Source: Escherichia phage vB_EcoM_IntR
Sequence record: OM313460
Length of the DNA stretch: 52,782 nt
Direction: 5' to 3' (one strand)
A model generated the notes under the pieces. That model made no database searches and was not told the DNA's origin. It saw only the letters and a program-made list of their open reading frames with translations. The position numbers and the translations under genes are program-made. How positions within the stretch are numbered: the stretch's first letter is position 1; each line of letters begins with the position of its first letter. Of this stretch, positions 1-9,183 are shown piece by piece.

Positions 1-121
1 ACTTAGAGGCGTCTATATGTATGATCCGGTTTATCTCTTTATTAATATCAGAACCGGATGAAAAAAATTTACGCTGGTGAAAAATAAAAAAAAGCCGGAC
101 TGATAAATAAATTTGTAGACG

Positions 122-150
122 TTTACACTATAAAAAAGATGTGTTACAAT
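122..150 (+). promoter_or_regulatory. sigma70-type promoter (TTTACA-N17-TACAAT)
   Basis: TTTACA at 122-127, 17-bp spacer, TACAAT at 145-150; upstream of the 205..636 ORF. Confidence 0.5.
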
Positions 151-204
151 ATTTATCAATGTTGCTGATTACCAAATCTTTGGATTATATACGAGGCTGA
201 ATAA

Positions 205-636
205 ATGGTTAATATAAGACAGAAAGGACAGAACTTTGAGCGTAAAATGGCTAAGAAGTTCAATAGCTCGTTCGGATTAACTGTTGAGCGCAATCTTCAA
301 CAGTCTATTAATGGCGTGGCAGACTTGTTGGGTGTGCCGTTTTTCAGCGTTGAACTGAAGAAGCACAAGACCAAGTCTATCGGAACATGGTGGAGACAGT
401 GTGCGGCATCGGCAAAGGCTCAGAACAAGATGCCAGTGCTTATATACGAACTACCAAGAAAACAGCCTACCGTGGTGATGAATAAGGCTGATGTGATTGA
501 CTGTTTTCCAAGTGGCACGACTTTTAACGAGGCATCGAANCGCCTCTTTGTGGGTNTAGTAGAATTAACATGGGAACAATTTTGCCGGGTCTACAACTAT
601 TACGTTGCGCCCGGCACTCAATATCACGTCAATTAA
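205..636 (+). CDS. PD-(D/E)XK-type nuclease-like protein (possible resolvase/endonuclease)
   Basis: ATG with GAGG Shine-Dalgarno upstream; motif GVAD...SVELKKHK resembles the D...ExK nuclease core; two N-containing codons (X) in the ORF. Confidence 0.45.
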   Translation: MVNIRQKGQNFERKMAKKFNSSFGLTVERNLQQSINGVADLLGVPFFSVELKKHKTKSIGTWWRQCAASAKAQNKMPVLIYELPRKQPTVVMNKADVIDCFPSGTTFNEASXRLFVGXVELTWEQFCRVYNYYVAPGTQYHVN

Positions 637-818
637 TCTTGTTTCAGCTCGTCACAAATGACATGCTGATTTTTGGCAGGGATAATACCAAGATTNAGNA
701 NGGTGTATGGACTATCNGCGACACATTGTTCAACGGTAGTCCATTCAGGTTTGGATTCAACAATTTTGTAACTACAATCATGAGTAGCCACACATGTTGC
801 CAGGATTAAGCCAATCAT
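633..818 (-). CDS. hypothetical protein (contains ambiguous bases)
   Basis: 61-aa ORF, AAGGTGA RBS upstream of ATG; sequence has Ns at 696-717. Confidence 0.3.
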   Translation of the reverse strand: MIGLILATCVATHDCSYKIVESKPEWTTVEQCVXDSPYTXXNLGIIPAKNQHVICDELKQD

Positions 819-994
819 AAGTAATCACCTTCAACCAGGAACTCAAACANNTGGTTGTAAACGTTGCAACCTTTAGCGAAAGAGCTTTCAGCAGGTTTAC
901 CATCGCGGACGATCATCATATACTCACCGCCATGGATGTCCACCCAGTATTGCATGCCACCTTTGACCGGATTACGTTGTAAGAATTTAAACAT
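815..994 (-). CDS. hypothetical small protein (59 aa, not in ORF track)
   Basis: ATG at 992-994 overlapping stop of upstream gene (TAATG), AGGAG RBS; my manual translation MFKFLQRNPVKGG...; contains NN at 850-851. Confidence 0.3.
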   Translation of the reverse strand: MFKFLQRNPVKGGMQYWVDIHGGEYMMIVRDGKPAESSFAKGCNVYNXXFEFLVEGDYL

Positions 995-1239
995 TATTTG
1001 CTCCTGATTCCAAGTTTATTCAATAGCCACACTGTCATGTCAACCCAGGTTAACGGTACAGTTTTCGGGGGTTGATAATCCCAGCAGCTTGCAGTTCTTT
1101 GTATTTCTGCTTGGCGCCGCTCCGCTTCGCGTAATACCGCATCGTCAGAAGTGCCGGCAGAAAAAAGATCGGTAACACCAGATAAATCGCGTTGATTAAC
1201 ACGTCGAGCAATGTCATATAAATCTTCCTTAGAAAGCAT
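994..1239 (-). CDS. hypothetical early protein
   Basis: 81-aa ORF in leftward gene array; weak RBS. Confidence 0.4.
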   Translation of the reverse strand: MLSKEDLYDIARRVNQRDLSGVTDLFSAGTSDDAVLREAERRQAEIQRTASCWDYQPPKTVPLTWVDMTVWLLNKLGIRSK

Positions 1240-1466
1240 AAGTTAATACCATAATAATTACCAGAAAAACCGCTACCAGTTTACTCATGTACCGGCCTTC
1301 AGCATATGCAGGATTCACAACAGAATACTCAACAACATGTTTACGGCGGACCATAAGGCCTCCACTTGTGGGTTAATTCAATCATGAGGACTTTTGGCAA
1401 ATCCTCAGGATTGAATTAATTACCAGCTTTTAATCAAGCCCTGTCAGCGCCAGGACTTGACTAATA

Positions 1467-1667
1467 TCACTCAATCATTATCTGTACTACTATTATACAC
1501 TCTTTATTGAAGCGGGTAAACACCTTTCCTCCATTTGTGCGTTTAGCCCCAGATTTTAGAGCTGACTGGCACCAGACATTCCATTCCTCAACTGTCAAGA
1601 ATTTTTGCTCAGCTTTGGGTGGTAGTCCATTGGCAAGGTCTACCGTAGTAAATTTGACTAGTGGCAT
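1467..1667 (-). CDS. hypothetical early protein
   Basis: ATG at 1665-1667 overlaps stop of upstream gene (ATGA coupling). Confidence 0.45.
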   Translation of the reverse strand: MPLVKFTTVDLANGLPPKAEQKFLTVEEWNVWCQSALKSGAKRTNGGKVFTRFNKECIIVVQIMIE

Positions 1668-2056
1668 CACTTGACCTCAAATTTTGACTCGTCATATTCC
1701 GGATCAGTCACGTCCCGGGTAGCACAATTTTTGATTGCCTCCCAGTAACGTTGGGCATCATCGCCATCGACATAAACTGTCCAGTGGCCGTAACCACCTT
1801 CAAATCTGTCCCAGGCTTGTTCCCAGACTTTGCCATCTTCCAGCTTGTACCAAGTTGGACGACTGTCAAACTCGCGGATTGGATGGTACCCCAATAAAGG
1901 ATTCATGATGTCAATAATGTCTGCCCTGCCAATCTCCTGGTTTTCCCACAAGATTGTCATGAATTGCTCAAACTTAAAAGCGTTTGGCAGAACTTTGATG
2001 ACTTCACCATCACAATATACGGTATAGGTGCCATCTTCGCATTTTGCACTGTACAT
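1667..2056 (-). CDS. hypothetical early protein
   Basis: 129-aa ORF, ATG preceded by AGGAGAGAG RBS; leader repeated upstream of 2563..2721. Confidence 0.55.
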   Translation of the reverse strand: MYSAKCEDGTYTVYCDGEVIKVLPNAFKFEQFMTILWENQEIGRADIIDIMNPLLGYHPIREFDSRPTWYKLEDGKVWEQAWDRFEGGYGHWTVYVDGDDAQRYWEAIKNCATRDVTDPEYDESKFEVK

Positions 2057-2129
2057 GTTTCTCTCTCCTATTGATTGTGAATAATTTCAATCATGAACTA
2101 TCACAACTTTGGATAGTTCATTGTTGAAA

Positions 2130-2303
2130 CTATACTAACTTTGTTACAATCTGAATTGTCAGCCGGAAGTCTTCCATCAAGTTATCAAACCCTTTGGAAC
2201 CACCAACCGCATCAGCTATTTGATCTTTCACAATTTGGGCATTTGATTCCAGTAATTCAATCAGGTGCGCCAATTCGTCTTCAGTCAATTTCAGGTCTTT
2301 CAT
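2130..2303 (-). CDS. hypothetical small protein
   Basis: Internal ATG at 2301-2303 with GGGTGGA RBS, ATGA overlap with upstream stop; the ORF-track start at 2318 is a TTG. Confidence 0.4.
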   Translation of the reverse strand: MKDLKLTEDELAHLIELLESNAQIVKDQIADAVGGSKGFDNLMEDFRLTIQIVTKLV

Positions 2304-2557
2304 AATGTATCCACCCAAGCCATAACTTTTGCCAGTCTTACAACGTCTTCATGGTCCCGCTCGCCATCAGAAAATTCGCTGGCGATGATACCCATAATTG
2401 ACGCCAGATTCATGTTGATGATGTAGGCGTGTTGGCGCACTTCATCAATTCCTGAATCTATCACCAGTTCCGCAAATTCCTGCGAACCTTCATCCCATTC
2501 AGCCCAATACTGCTCGGCATAAAAGTCCAGTTCTTTTTTCATCTCAATGTCAGTCAT
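2300..2557 (-). CDS. hypothetical acidic early protein
   Basis: 85-aa ORF, GAGGAG RBS upstream of ATG. Confidence 0.5.
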   Translation of the reverse strand: MTDIEMKKELDFYAEQYWAEWDEGSQEFAELVIDSGIDEVRQHAYIINMNLASIMGIIASEFSDGERDHEDVVRLAKVMAWVDTL

Positions 2558-2562
2558 TTTGA

Positions 2563-2721
2563 TTACTCCTCAGAACTTGAAAATTTGTCATCAATGGACT
2601 CAACAATATAATCAAGAGTTGAAGTGTGAGAACTATCAGAAAAAGTGCCCATCTTCTCCAGCTCAATCATCATATCCCGTAAAGCCATTGCCTGGTCTTT
2701 GGTCAGTTTAATTTTAAGCAT
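2563..2721 (-). CDS. hypothetical small protein
   Basis: ATG at 2719-2721 with AGGAGAG RBS in a conserved leader; the longer ORF-track start is a GTG. Confidence 0.35.
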   Translation of the reverse strand: MLKIKLTKDQAMALRDMMIELEKMGTFSDSSHTSTLDYIVESIDDKFSSSEE

Positions 2722-2785
2722 GTTTCTCTCCTGTTGATTGTGAATAACTTTCATTGATGGCACTACTTGAGTGCCATCTCAAAAA

Positions 2786-3355
2786 TTACTCTTCAGTTTC
2801 TTGTGCTTCAGTTTCAGGTTTTTCTTCAGTATCAGTTTTTTCACCAGTTACTGACTTACCCTCAGTCACTTTACCAGATTTTACATCATTCCGGTAGTAT
2901 GACATATATGACTGGATAACTCTTTTGGCTTTGATGTCATCCGCCTCCATTCCACAGGCTTTCATGGCATCAACAAGTGCCAATTTGGAGTCTTCTTTAT
3001 CCATCAGGTTGTAATCTTCGGGCACCACATAGCAGGTATCTTTAGTTGACGGACCAGATGACGATTTGCGAGAGCCACCAGCGGATGCTCGTGTTGTCGC
3101 AACTTTGACCTCTTCAACTTCCAGTTGGTTCAGTTCATCAAACAATGCCTTGACCAACACTTCTTTGGAGTCCTTGACACTTACAGTACTTTCATCATTA
3201 AGGGACTTAATCATCTTAATGATCTGGTTGTTGGCAAAGTACTGAAGACTATCCATCTGCACTACAATAGTCCCAAGACTTTCAGTAGTCAGACCAGATT
3301 TTACAGACTCAACAGAAAAGGCGGAAGTCAGGTAAACATAGTTGATAGTAGTCAT
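2786..3355 (-). CDS. hypothetical acidic protein (Glu/Thr-rich C-terminus)
   Basis: ATG at 3353-3355 with GAGGA RBS (ORF-track start 3424 is TTG); 189 aa. Confidence 0.5.
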   Translation of the reverse strand: MTTINYVYLTSAFSVESVKSGLTTESLGTIVVQMDSLQYFANNQIIKMIKSLNDESTVSVKDSKEVLVKALFDELNQLEVEEVKVATTRASAGGSRKSSSGPSTKDTCYVVPEDYNLMDKEDSKLALVDAMKACGMEADDIKAKRVIQSYMSYYRNDVKSGKVTEGKSVTGEKTDTEEKPETEAQETEE

Positions 3356-3450
3356 TTGATGTATCCTCGTTGATAGAATTTTTGATATGTGCCAATCCTT
3401 GGCAAGTAAGTCCAAACATGACAACTTTTGTCAAGTTGTCATGATTGAAA

Positions 3451-3753
3451 TCACTTCGCGCTTGCGTTTTCAACGGCTTGTACAACTTTCAACAAATGCC
3501 TGAAGTCATCATGATAGATTTCATTAAAGCCATCTGCCGCAAAGTTTTCGCCAATTAAGATCAGTCTTTCGCGGACCAAGTCAATCAATAGTTTATTGTC
3601 AGTTATTTCCGCACCTGTAACAAGTTCAACAAATAATTGCTGTACGTTATCGCAACGGATGTTACTTTCAATACACACTTGGCGCATGTCTTCAACTATT
3701 GACATGATTGTGACTTGCATTTCTACGTCAGAAGTGATGTTATTCAGTTTCAT
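3451..3753 (-). CDS. hypothetical early protein
   Basis: 100-aa ORF, AAAGG RBS; first gene of the leftward early array. Confidence 0.5.
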   Translation of the reverse strand: MKLNNITSDVEMQVTIMSIVEDMRQVCIESNIRCDNVQQLFVELVTGAEITDNKLLIDLVRERLILIGENFAADGFNEIYHDDFRHLLKVVQAVENASAK

Positions 3754-4125
3754 AATAGTTACCTTTGTACTAGTTTCCAGGTGTGACTACTGTTACCAAT
3801 AGTCACTAGTTGAAACTACTACTTGTGTTACTATCAACAAGAAACATGTTACCAAATTGTTAAAGAGCAAAAGGTACCATTGACATCTACCAGATGTACC
3901 TGTTGACTGGTTAAGTACTACCTACCTAATCTAAACCATACCAATATCCTTTAGACCAGTTAGACTGGTCACTCAGTCATCACATTCAATAAATATATAA
4001 TAGTCCAATCCCTCTTGATTGTACACCTTATATTTGTAAGTTTATGCAAGTTTTTAGAAATGATAATCACTTGCGATTGAGAGTGGTTCTCGTATGCTAT
4101 TGATATAGTTTCGCATGTAATTACT

Positions 4126-4205
4126 CAACTCAAAATGGTCGGCAGGGGTTATAATCACATAGGGGTGCCACTTAAAGGAGCCGGCGAAATTATTTATAAA
4201 AATAT
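4126..4205. repeat. direct repeat copy 1 (~80 bp) in control region
   Basis: TCAACTCAAAATGGTCGGCAGGGGTTATAAT...AGGGGTGCC...AAGGAGCCGGCGAAATT + AT-rich tail; matches the copy at 4301-4380. Confidence 0.6.
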
Positions 4206-4300
4206 AATTTCAATCTGAAGTATAGACGCTTTGTGTTATAACGGCCGAAGTAGTTCATACGGTAATTGTATCAATCACAATAGTTACCAGCGTAATCATT

Positions 4301-4380
4301 TCAATCGAAATAGGTGCGGCGGGGGGTAATTTCGCAAGGGTGCTACCCACCAGGAGCCAGCGGAATTTTTTTATTTTTTG
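4301..4380. repeat. direct repeat copy 2 (~80 bp) in control region
   Basis: TCAATCGAAATAGGTGCGGCGGGGGGTAATTT...AGGGTGCTACC...CAGGAGCCAGCGGAATT + T-rich tail; shares blocks with copy 1. Confidence 0.6.
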
Positions 4381-4600
4381 GTATTTTCTCCTTATCAGGA
4401 CCAATCATCATCAGAGTGATACGACAGGAGCTAACCTTTTGCCTAACACAATAATAAGTGAAGCCCCTCTAAAATTTTTTTATATTTTTCGGAAATTGTG
4501 TAGACACTCACTAAAAAGTGGTGTACTTTCTCTCCTCCACGCGCTATCATTAATGTGAATCATCAAACGGCCTCACGGTCTCCTACTTGTGGGTAACATT

Positions 4601-5164
4601 ATGAAAATTGTTCAATTAGAACCATATCCGCCTCAATTGGCTATCGTTTGTAGCGAAAAAGAGCATGAAGAGCTCCAAAAGCTGATGGATTTGCCTGATT
4701 TTGGCAACTGGAATGACCGGGAAACGCGTAATGCGTCTACTTTTACGTTCACTCGCGTTAACTATCCGTACCTGTTAATCGTCGTCGAACTGTACCACCC
4801 GGACGACCTGAAGTACAACACCATTTCCCACGAAGGCATTCACGTAATGTCGTCGCTGATGAACTATGTAGGGCTTAAATACGACCCAGAAAACGATGAA
4901 TGGTACGCATATCAGCACGATTTCATCGTAAATGCCATTTGTAAGGCCCATGATGAGTACCTGGAGCGCAAAAAAGCGCCAAAACATAAGCCAAAAATCG
5001 AAACAGGCAATCATCCTGTGATACAGCCACAAGACGTAATGAACTCGCTTTTGACTGACACTACTGGGGACTTTTTAGATGATAAACCTAATCTTTGCAA
5101 TGGGCCAAAATGGGGAATTCGGGTTGTCCCCGGAGTTTATGAAGCATCAGGTGGACTCGTGTAA
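4601..5164 (+). CDS. hypothetical protein with HExxH motif (possible zinc metallopeptidase-like)
   Basis: ATG at 4601 (ORF-track start 4589 is GTG); motif ISHEGIHVM; 3' end overlaps the next gene by 86 nt. Confidence 0.45.
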   Translation: MKIVQLEPYPPQLAIVCSEKEHEELQKLMDLPDFGNWNDRETRNASTFTFTRVNYPYLLIVVELYHPDDLKYNTISHEGIHVMSSLMNYVGLKYDPENDEWYAYQHDFIVNAICKAHDEYLERKKAPKHKPKIETGNHPVIQPQDVMNSLLTDTTGDFLDDKPNLCNGPKWGIRVVPGVYEASGGLV

Positions 5165-5753
5165 GACTATGGAAGAGGTCCGTGCGCTTCCTAAGTCTGG
5201 TTTACCATGGAAGTGTCCGTCAGATATGCTCTTTTTCAGGACTATGACTAATTCAATTGCGTCAGAACCAGGCTATAATGCGTATCAGCAACTACGGGGA
5301 CAGTTCCCAAGTGACCAGTTGCGAAACATGATAGCTGATGTAACGGTAAAAATGGTTGGGCATAGCGTATTGTTAGCCGGTCGTAAAACGTTTATGACTA
5401 TGAGTCTGCCTATGTCAGCCCACCGAATACTGCTGCCGGTATCTCGTCAGATTATGGCTTCAGAAGGCTACAACAATATAGGTGAGTTGGCAGCAGCACT
5501 TGAGACCAGTGGTTCAGATGTTTGGATTGTTGGCGGTGCACAGTTAATACTTGCGGCTCTTGAAGAGCATGCCAAAGGTACACTCCGTGTTGACAACATG
5601 TTTATCAGCACAATCAAAGAAGCAGGTCCAAGTGATATATTAATGGACCGTAGCAAATTAATGATGTACATTGATAGCGACTTCACTTATAATGATGAAT
5701 ATGTTGATAACAAATCTGTGCTGATACAGCGTTACCGGAGTGTACACAAATGA
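5079..5753 (+). CDS. dihydrofolate reductase
   Basis: N-terminus MINLIFAMGQNGEFG, LPW motif, VLLAGRKTF and VWIVGGAQL blocks match DHFR signatures. Confidence 0.7.
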   Translation: MINLIFAMGQNGEFGLSPEFMKHQVDSCKTMEEVRALPKSGLPWKCPSDMLFFRTMTNSIASEPGYNAYQQLRGQFPSDQLRNMIADVTVKMVGHSVLLAGRKTFMTMSLPMSAHRILLPVSRQIMASEGYNNIGELAAALETSGSDVWIVGGAQLILAALEEHAKGTLRVDNMFISTIKEAGPSDILMDRSKLMMYIDSDFTYNDEYVDNKSVLIQRYRSVHK

Positions 5754-6256
5754 ATATCATAGTTGAGGGACCTGACAATGCTCGTAAATCTACACTTATT
5801 AAGTTCCTTGAACCTCATCTTGGCCGCGCAGTTATTCATAATACTGTTGACAAAGATGCCGAATCGGTCATGGCTAAACAGGCCAAAGAAAACGCGCTCG
5901 AAGGCAATAGTATTTACGACCGTAGCGCTGTTATATCTGAGTATATCTATTGCATGGTTCTTCAACGTACGCCTGTCATCAATATTAATGTATCACATGT
6001 AGCAGATATGTGTGACAACGCCATCGTTATCTTTTGTATGCCGCCTATTGAAAAGGTACTGGCGACTACAAAAGAAGAGATGCCTGGTGTTGTGGAAAAT
6101 CTTGAGGCGTTATACAACCAGTATGACAACCTCATTGACGAACTGGTTATGATGGGCAAGCAGTTCTTTATTTACGACTGGACTGCTGAAGAAAATGGCC
6201 CAGAAGCAGTTCTCGAATACATCAACGAACGTATTAATAAGGAGTGGAACAAATGA
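5750..6256 (+). CDS. thymidylate kinase-like dNMP kinase
   Basis: IIVEGPDNARKST aligns with the TMK P-loop (IVIEGLEGAGKTT) but lacks the glycines; DR motif (IYDRSAVISEY); ATGA-coupled to DHFR. Confidence 0.6.
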   Translation: MNIIVEGPDNARKSTLIKFLEPHLGRAVIHNTVDKDAESVMAKQAKENALEGNSIYDRSAVISEYIYCMVLQRTPVININVSHVADMCDNAIVIFCMPPIEKVLATTKEEMPGVVENLEALYNQYDNLIDELVMMGKQFFIYDWTAEENGPEAVLEYINERINKEWNK

Positions 6257-6972
6257 GCCCAGTATACAATACCTCAGTCACGCTGTCAGCAACCGTAGGG
6301 GACGTCAACAAGACTGTTACTGTGGGTTCAACTAACCCGAACCTGTCAGGCGAAGACCTGCTACGCCTGGCCAAACGTGCTCTTGAAGATAACGAAGTGA
6401 CTGGTACTGAAGGCGTTAACATTGAAATTAACGTCGAAGGGTATCCACACAGCATCAGTATTGCTACCTCTTCATTGCCGGATGATGAAACTCGTGAACA
6501 GCTGGAAACCAAAAAGTTCAACGACGAGCTGGAATATCGTACCGGTGAGATGTTCAGCAGTGCGCTAAACTGGTACTTGTGCAAGGCTTCAAACTACGCT
6601 GGCGCTCCTATGTCAGACCGTATGTTAGCTGATATGTCTGCACGTGAAATTGCTAAAGGCTGGGCGCATGTACAGATGCTGCAGGAGCATATCTGCAAGC
6701 TGGAAAGCTGCAATAAAGACGCGTCTGAGCTTATTACTGCCTATAAGCGACAGATTAACGACCTGCAGCAACTGATGGGCAAACGCGCTGAAGAATATGA
6801 GGCTGAGATTCGTAGTCTTAACGGTACGGCTGTTGCTAACAACCGTGCTTTCAGCGAAGAGCGTAAAGCGCTTATTGCCCAGCGCGACGCTGAAAAACGT
6901 CGTGCAGACGACCTAGCAAACCGTCTTAATTTTATCCGTAAACACATGGATGCTATGGAAGGGGTAATCTGA
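6253..6972 (+). CDS. hypothetical protein (C-terminal coiled coil)
   Basis: ATG at 6253 with AGGAG RBS (ORF-track start 6244 is GTG); ATGA-coupled to upstream gene. Confidence 0.5.
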   Translation: MSPVYNTSVTLSATVGDVNKTVTVGSTNPNLSGEDLLRLAKRALEDNEVTGTEGVNIEINVEGYPHSISIATSSLPDDETREQLETKKFNDELEYRTGEMFSSALNWYLCKASNYAGAPMSDRMLADMSAREIAKGWAHVQMLQEHICKLESCNKDASELITAYKRQINDLQQLMGKRAEEYEAEIRSLNGTAVANNRAFSEERKALIAQRDAEKRRADDLANRLNFIRKHMDAMEGVI

Positions 6973-7262
6973 TGGACTTGTTCGATATGGTCGAACATCC
7001 TGAAGTAAACGGCTTGGCGGAAGCTAAGCCATTTAACTGGGATGAATTCGTAGCAGGCAAACCTGCTGTAACCCACAATGGGCAGATTGCATATTACGGA
7101 GGCCATAGCGAACATCCGATGTGCACTCACCTGTACAACGCTATCACAACCATAGCCGACGAAAACGTTATTAAATACGGAAAAGATGTAATGCCTTTTC
7201 TTGTAGATGAGCGCGGTTACTTCGAAGGTAAATGGTTCCCGTTTCTGGTAGAAATGGCCTAA
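6972..7262 (+). CDS. hypothetical protein
   Basis: 96-aa ORF, start overlaps upstream stop. Confidence 0.45.
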   Translation: MDLFDMVEHPEVNGLAEAKPFNWDEFVAGKPAVTHNGQIAYYGGHSEHPMCTHLYNAITTIADENVIKYGKDVMPFLVDERGYFEGKWFPFLVEMA

Positions 7263-7378
7263 AAACCGGATAAATATAAAGGCGTCTAAGTTAGTTCTTC
7301 ATCTATATAAGCTACTTATTCGCCTTTCTACTGTAGACTTTCTCATCATCTCTCTAGACACTTCATTTTTATATTCTG

Positions 7379-7407
7379 TTTACTTACTTCGCGTAACTCG
7401 TTATAAT
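7379..7407 (+). promoter_or_regulatory. sigma70-type promoter (TTTACT-N17-TATAAT)
   Basis: TTTACT 7379-7384, 17-bp spacer, TATAAT 7402-7407; upstream of the terminase genes. Confidence 0.55.
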
Positions 7408-7439
7408 CCCGACTATCCGGATTAACGAGGACGACACCC

Positions 7440-7730
7440 ATGGCAAAACCGAAAAAAACCCGTGAGGCAACAGAAGAACTGTTGGCCACGATGCGACGTA
7501 TCCAGCTGGACCCGTTGGAAGTTATGCAACGGGCTATCATACTTGCTGAACGTGAAGACGACTACAAAGCAATGATGGATGGTGCACTGGGCGTTATGCC
7601 GTACATGTATCCTAAGCTGAAAGAATCCGTTGTCAAAGCAGACATCGACCAGAACCTGTCTGGTAATGGTGTCAACCTGAACATTACAATAGGCGACCAG
7701 AAAGTGGTAGATACTACTGGGGAAGAGTAA
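7440..7730 (+). CDS. putative terminase small subunit
   Basis: 96-aa ORF immediately upstream of the large terminase, GAGGA RBS; assignment by position only. Confidence 0.4.
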   Translation: MAKPKKTREATEELLATMRRIQLDPLEVMQRAIILAEREDDYKAMMDGALGVMPYMYPKLKESVVKADIDQNLSGNGVNLNITIGDQKVVDTTGEE

Positions 7731-7733
7731 TAA

Positions 7734-9122
7734 ATGAATCTTGACTTTCACCTGCATGACAGACAAGGTGCCGCTCTGCGGTCTCAGGCAACTGAGATTC
7801 TGTACGGTGGTGCTGCTGGTGGTGGTAAGTCTCACCTTATGCGTGTAATGTCAATTATCATGTGTTGCATGATACCTGACTTGCAGATTTACCTTTTCCG
7901 CCGAAACTATAACGACCTTACGGCTAACCACATGGTTGGCCCCACAAGTTATCCTGCCTTGCTGGATGGTATGTGCAAAGCTGGCAAGTGCAAGATTAAC
8001 TACTCGAGCAACACTATCAAATTCTGGAACGGTGCAAACATCAAGCTCTGTCACCTCCAGTATGAAAAAGATATTTATACCTACCAGGGTGCGGAGATTC
8101 ACGTTCTGCTGATGGATGAGCTTACTCACTTCACAGAAACGATGTACCGCTTCTTGCGTAACCGTGTCCGACTCGGTGCTCTCAAAGTCCCTGAGAACTT
8201 TTTCCGGCCTCTGCCACTCATCTTTTGTGGGTCAAACCCCGGTGGTGTAGGTCACAACTGGGTTAAGCGTACTTTCGTAACTGCTGCTCCTCCGATGAAA
8301 ATCGTTAAGCAGGAAAAACGCGAAGGTGGTATGGCGCGTCAGTACATACCAGCTAAGATGACTGATAACCCTACGTTGATGGAAAACGACCCTGATTACG
8401 GCGACCGTCTTGAAGGTCTTGGTGACCCGGCGCTTGTTGCCGCGATGAAAGAAGGCGACTGGGATATTGTTGCAGGTGGTGCACTCGACGATGTATGGTC
8501 AACCAAGTGTATTCTGCCTCGTATGCGTATTCCAAAAGGCTGGACTATCGAACGTTCTCTTGACTGGGGTTCTACTCACCCGTTCTCTGTTGGTATCTGG
8601 GCTATTGCAAATGGCGCTTCGCTTACAGACGACGAAGGCAATGAGTACTTTATTCCACGTGGTTCCATTATACGTATAGCTGAATGGTATGGGTGCTCTG
8701 AAAAAGAAGCTAACAGGGGTATTAAACTTTCTGCTGCCGAAGTTGCTCAAGGTGTTATTCGTCTACAGGAAAATCTGCAGGCTGGTGGCTGGATTCAAAG
8801 CAACGTTAATCCTGGTCCGGCAGATAGTCAGATTTATGCGTGCAAGGAAAAAGACGTTGAGACTATCGCGAAGAAAATGGAAGACGAAGGCGTAACCTGG
8901 GTCAAGGCCGACAAGTCACAAGGTTCGAGAATAAATGGCTTAGAGCTATTCCGTCAGCTTCTGAAAAATGTTAAGATGGACGAAACGGAAAAGCCGGGCA
9001 TTTATTTTATGGAAAACTGTCCAGCAGCCATAAACACGTTGCCGGTTCTGCCGCGTGACAAGAACAACACGGAAGATGTCGACACGAACTCTGAAGACCA
9101 CGTATACGATGATTGTCGTTAG
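7734..9122 (+). CDS. terL: terminase large subunit
   Basis: Walker A YGGAAGGGKSHLM, Walker B LLMDELTH; followed by the portal gene. Confidence 0.85.
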   Translation: MNLDFHLHDRQGAALRSQATEILYGGAAGGGKSHLMRVMSIIMCCMIPDLQIYLFRRNYNDLTANHMVGPTSYPALLDGMCKAGKCKINYSSNTIKFWNGANIKLCHLQYEKDIYTYQGAEIHVLLMDELTHFTETMYRFLRNRVRLGALKVPENFFRPLPLIFCGSNPGGVGHNWVKRTFVTAAPPMKIVKQEKREGGMARQYIPAKMTDNPTLMENDPDYGDRLEGLGDPALVAAMKEGDWDIVAGGALDDVWSTKCILPRMRIPKGWTIERSLDWGSTHPFSVGIWAIANGASLTDDEGNEYFIPRGSIIRIAEWYGCSEKEANRGIKLSAAEVAQGVIRLQENLQAGGWIQSNVNPGPADSQIYACKEKDVETIAKKMEDEGVTWVKADKSQGSRINGLELFRQLLKNVKMDETEKPGIYFMENCPAAINTLPVLPRDKNNTEDVDTNSEDHVYDDCR

Positions 9123-9183
9123 ATGGTGTTGCGTGGCATCAACCGTTATACTACCAAGCTCAAAATAAATATGGGACGGTAAA

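Noticed and set aside
540-851. Ambiguous bases (N at 540, 556, 696, 699, 701, 717, 850, 851)
   Set aside because: Sequencing or assembly uncertainty, not biology; it lowers confidence in ORF boundaries for 205..636, 633..818 and 815..994.
4126-4380. The paired ~80-bp repeats as canonical sigma70 promoters or rho-independent terminators
   Set aside because: The TATAAT-like hexamers lack a -35 at 16-18 bp spacing, and no inverted repeat precedes the T-rich tails; reported as repeats of unknown function instead.
6741-7130. Minus-strand ORF 6741..7130 and other antisense ORFs (e.g. 11644..12234, 15978..16406, 26247..26726, 36021..36488)
   Set aside because: They lie antisense within well-supported coding regions, lack an RBS and have biased composition typical of shadow ORFs.
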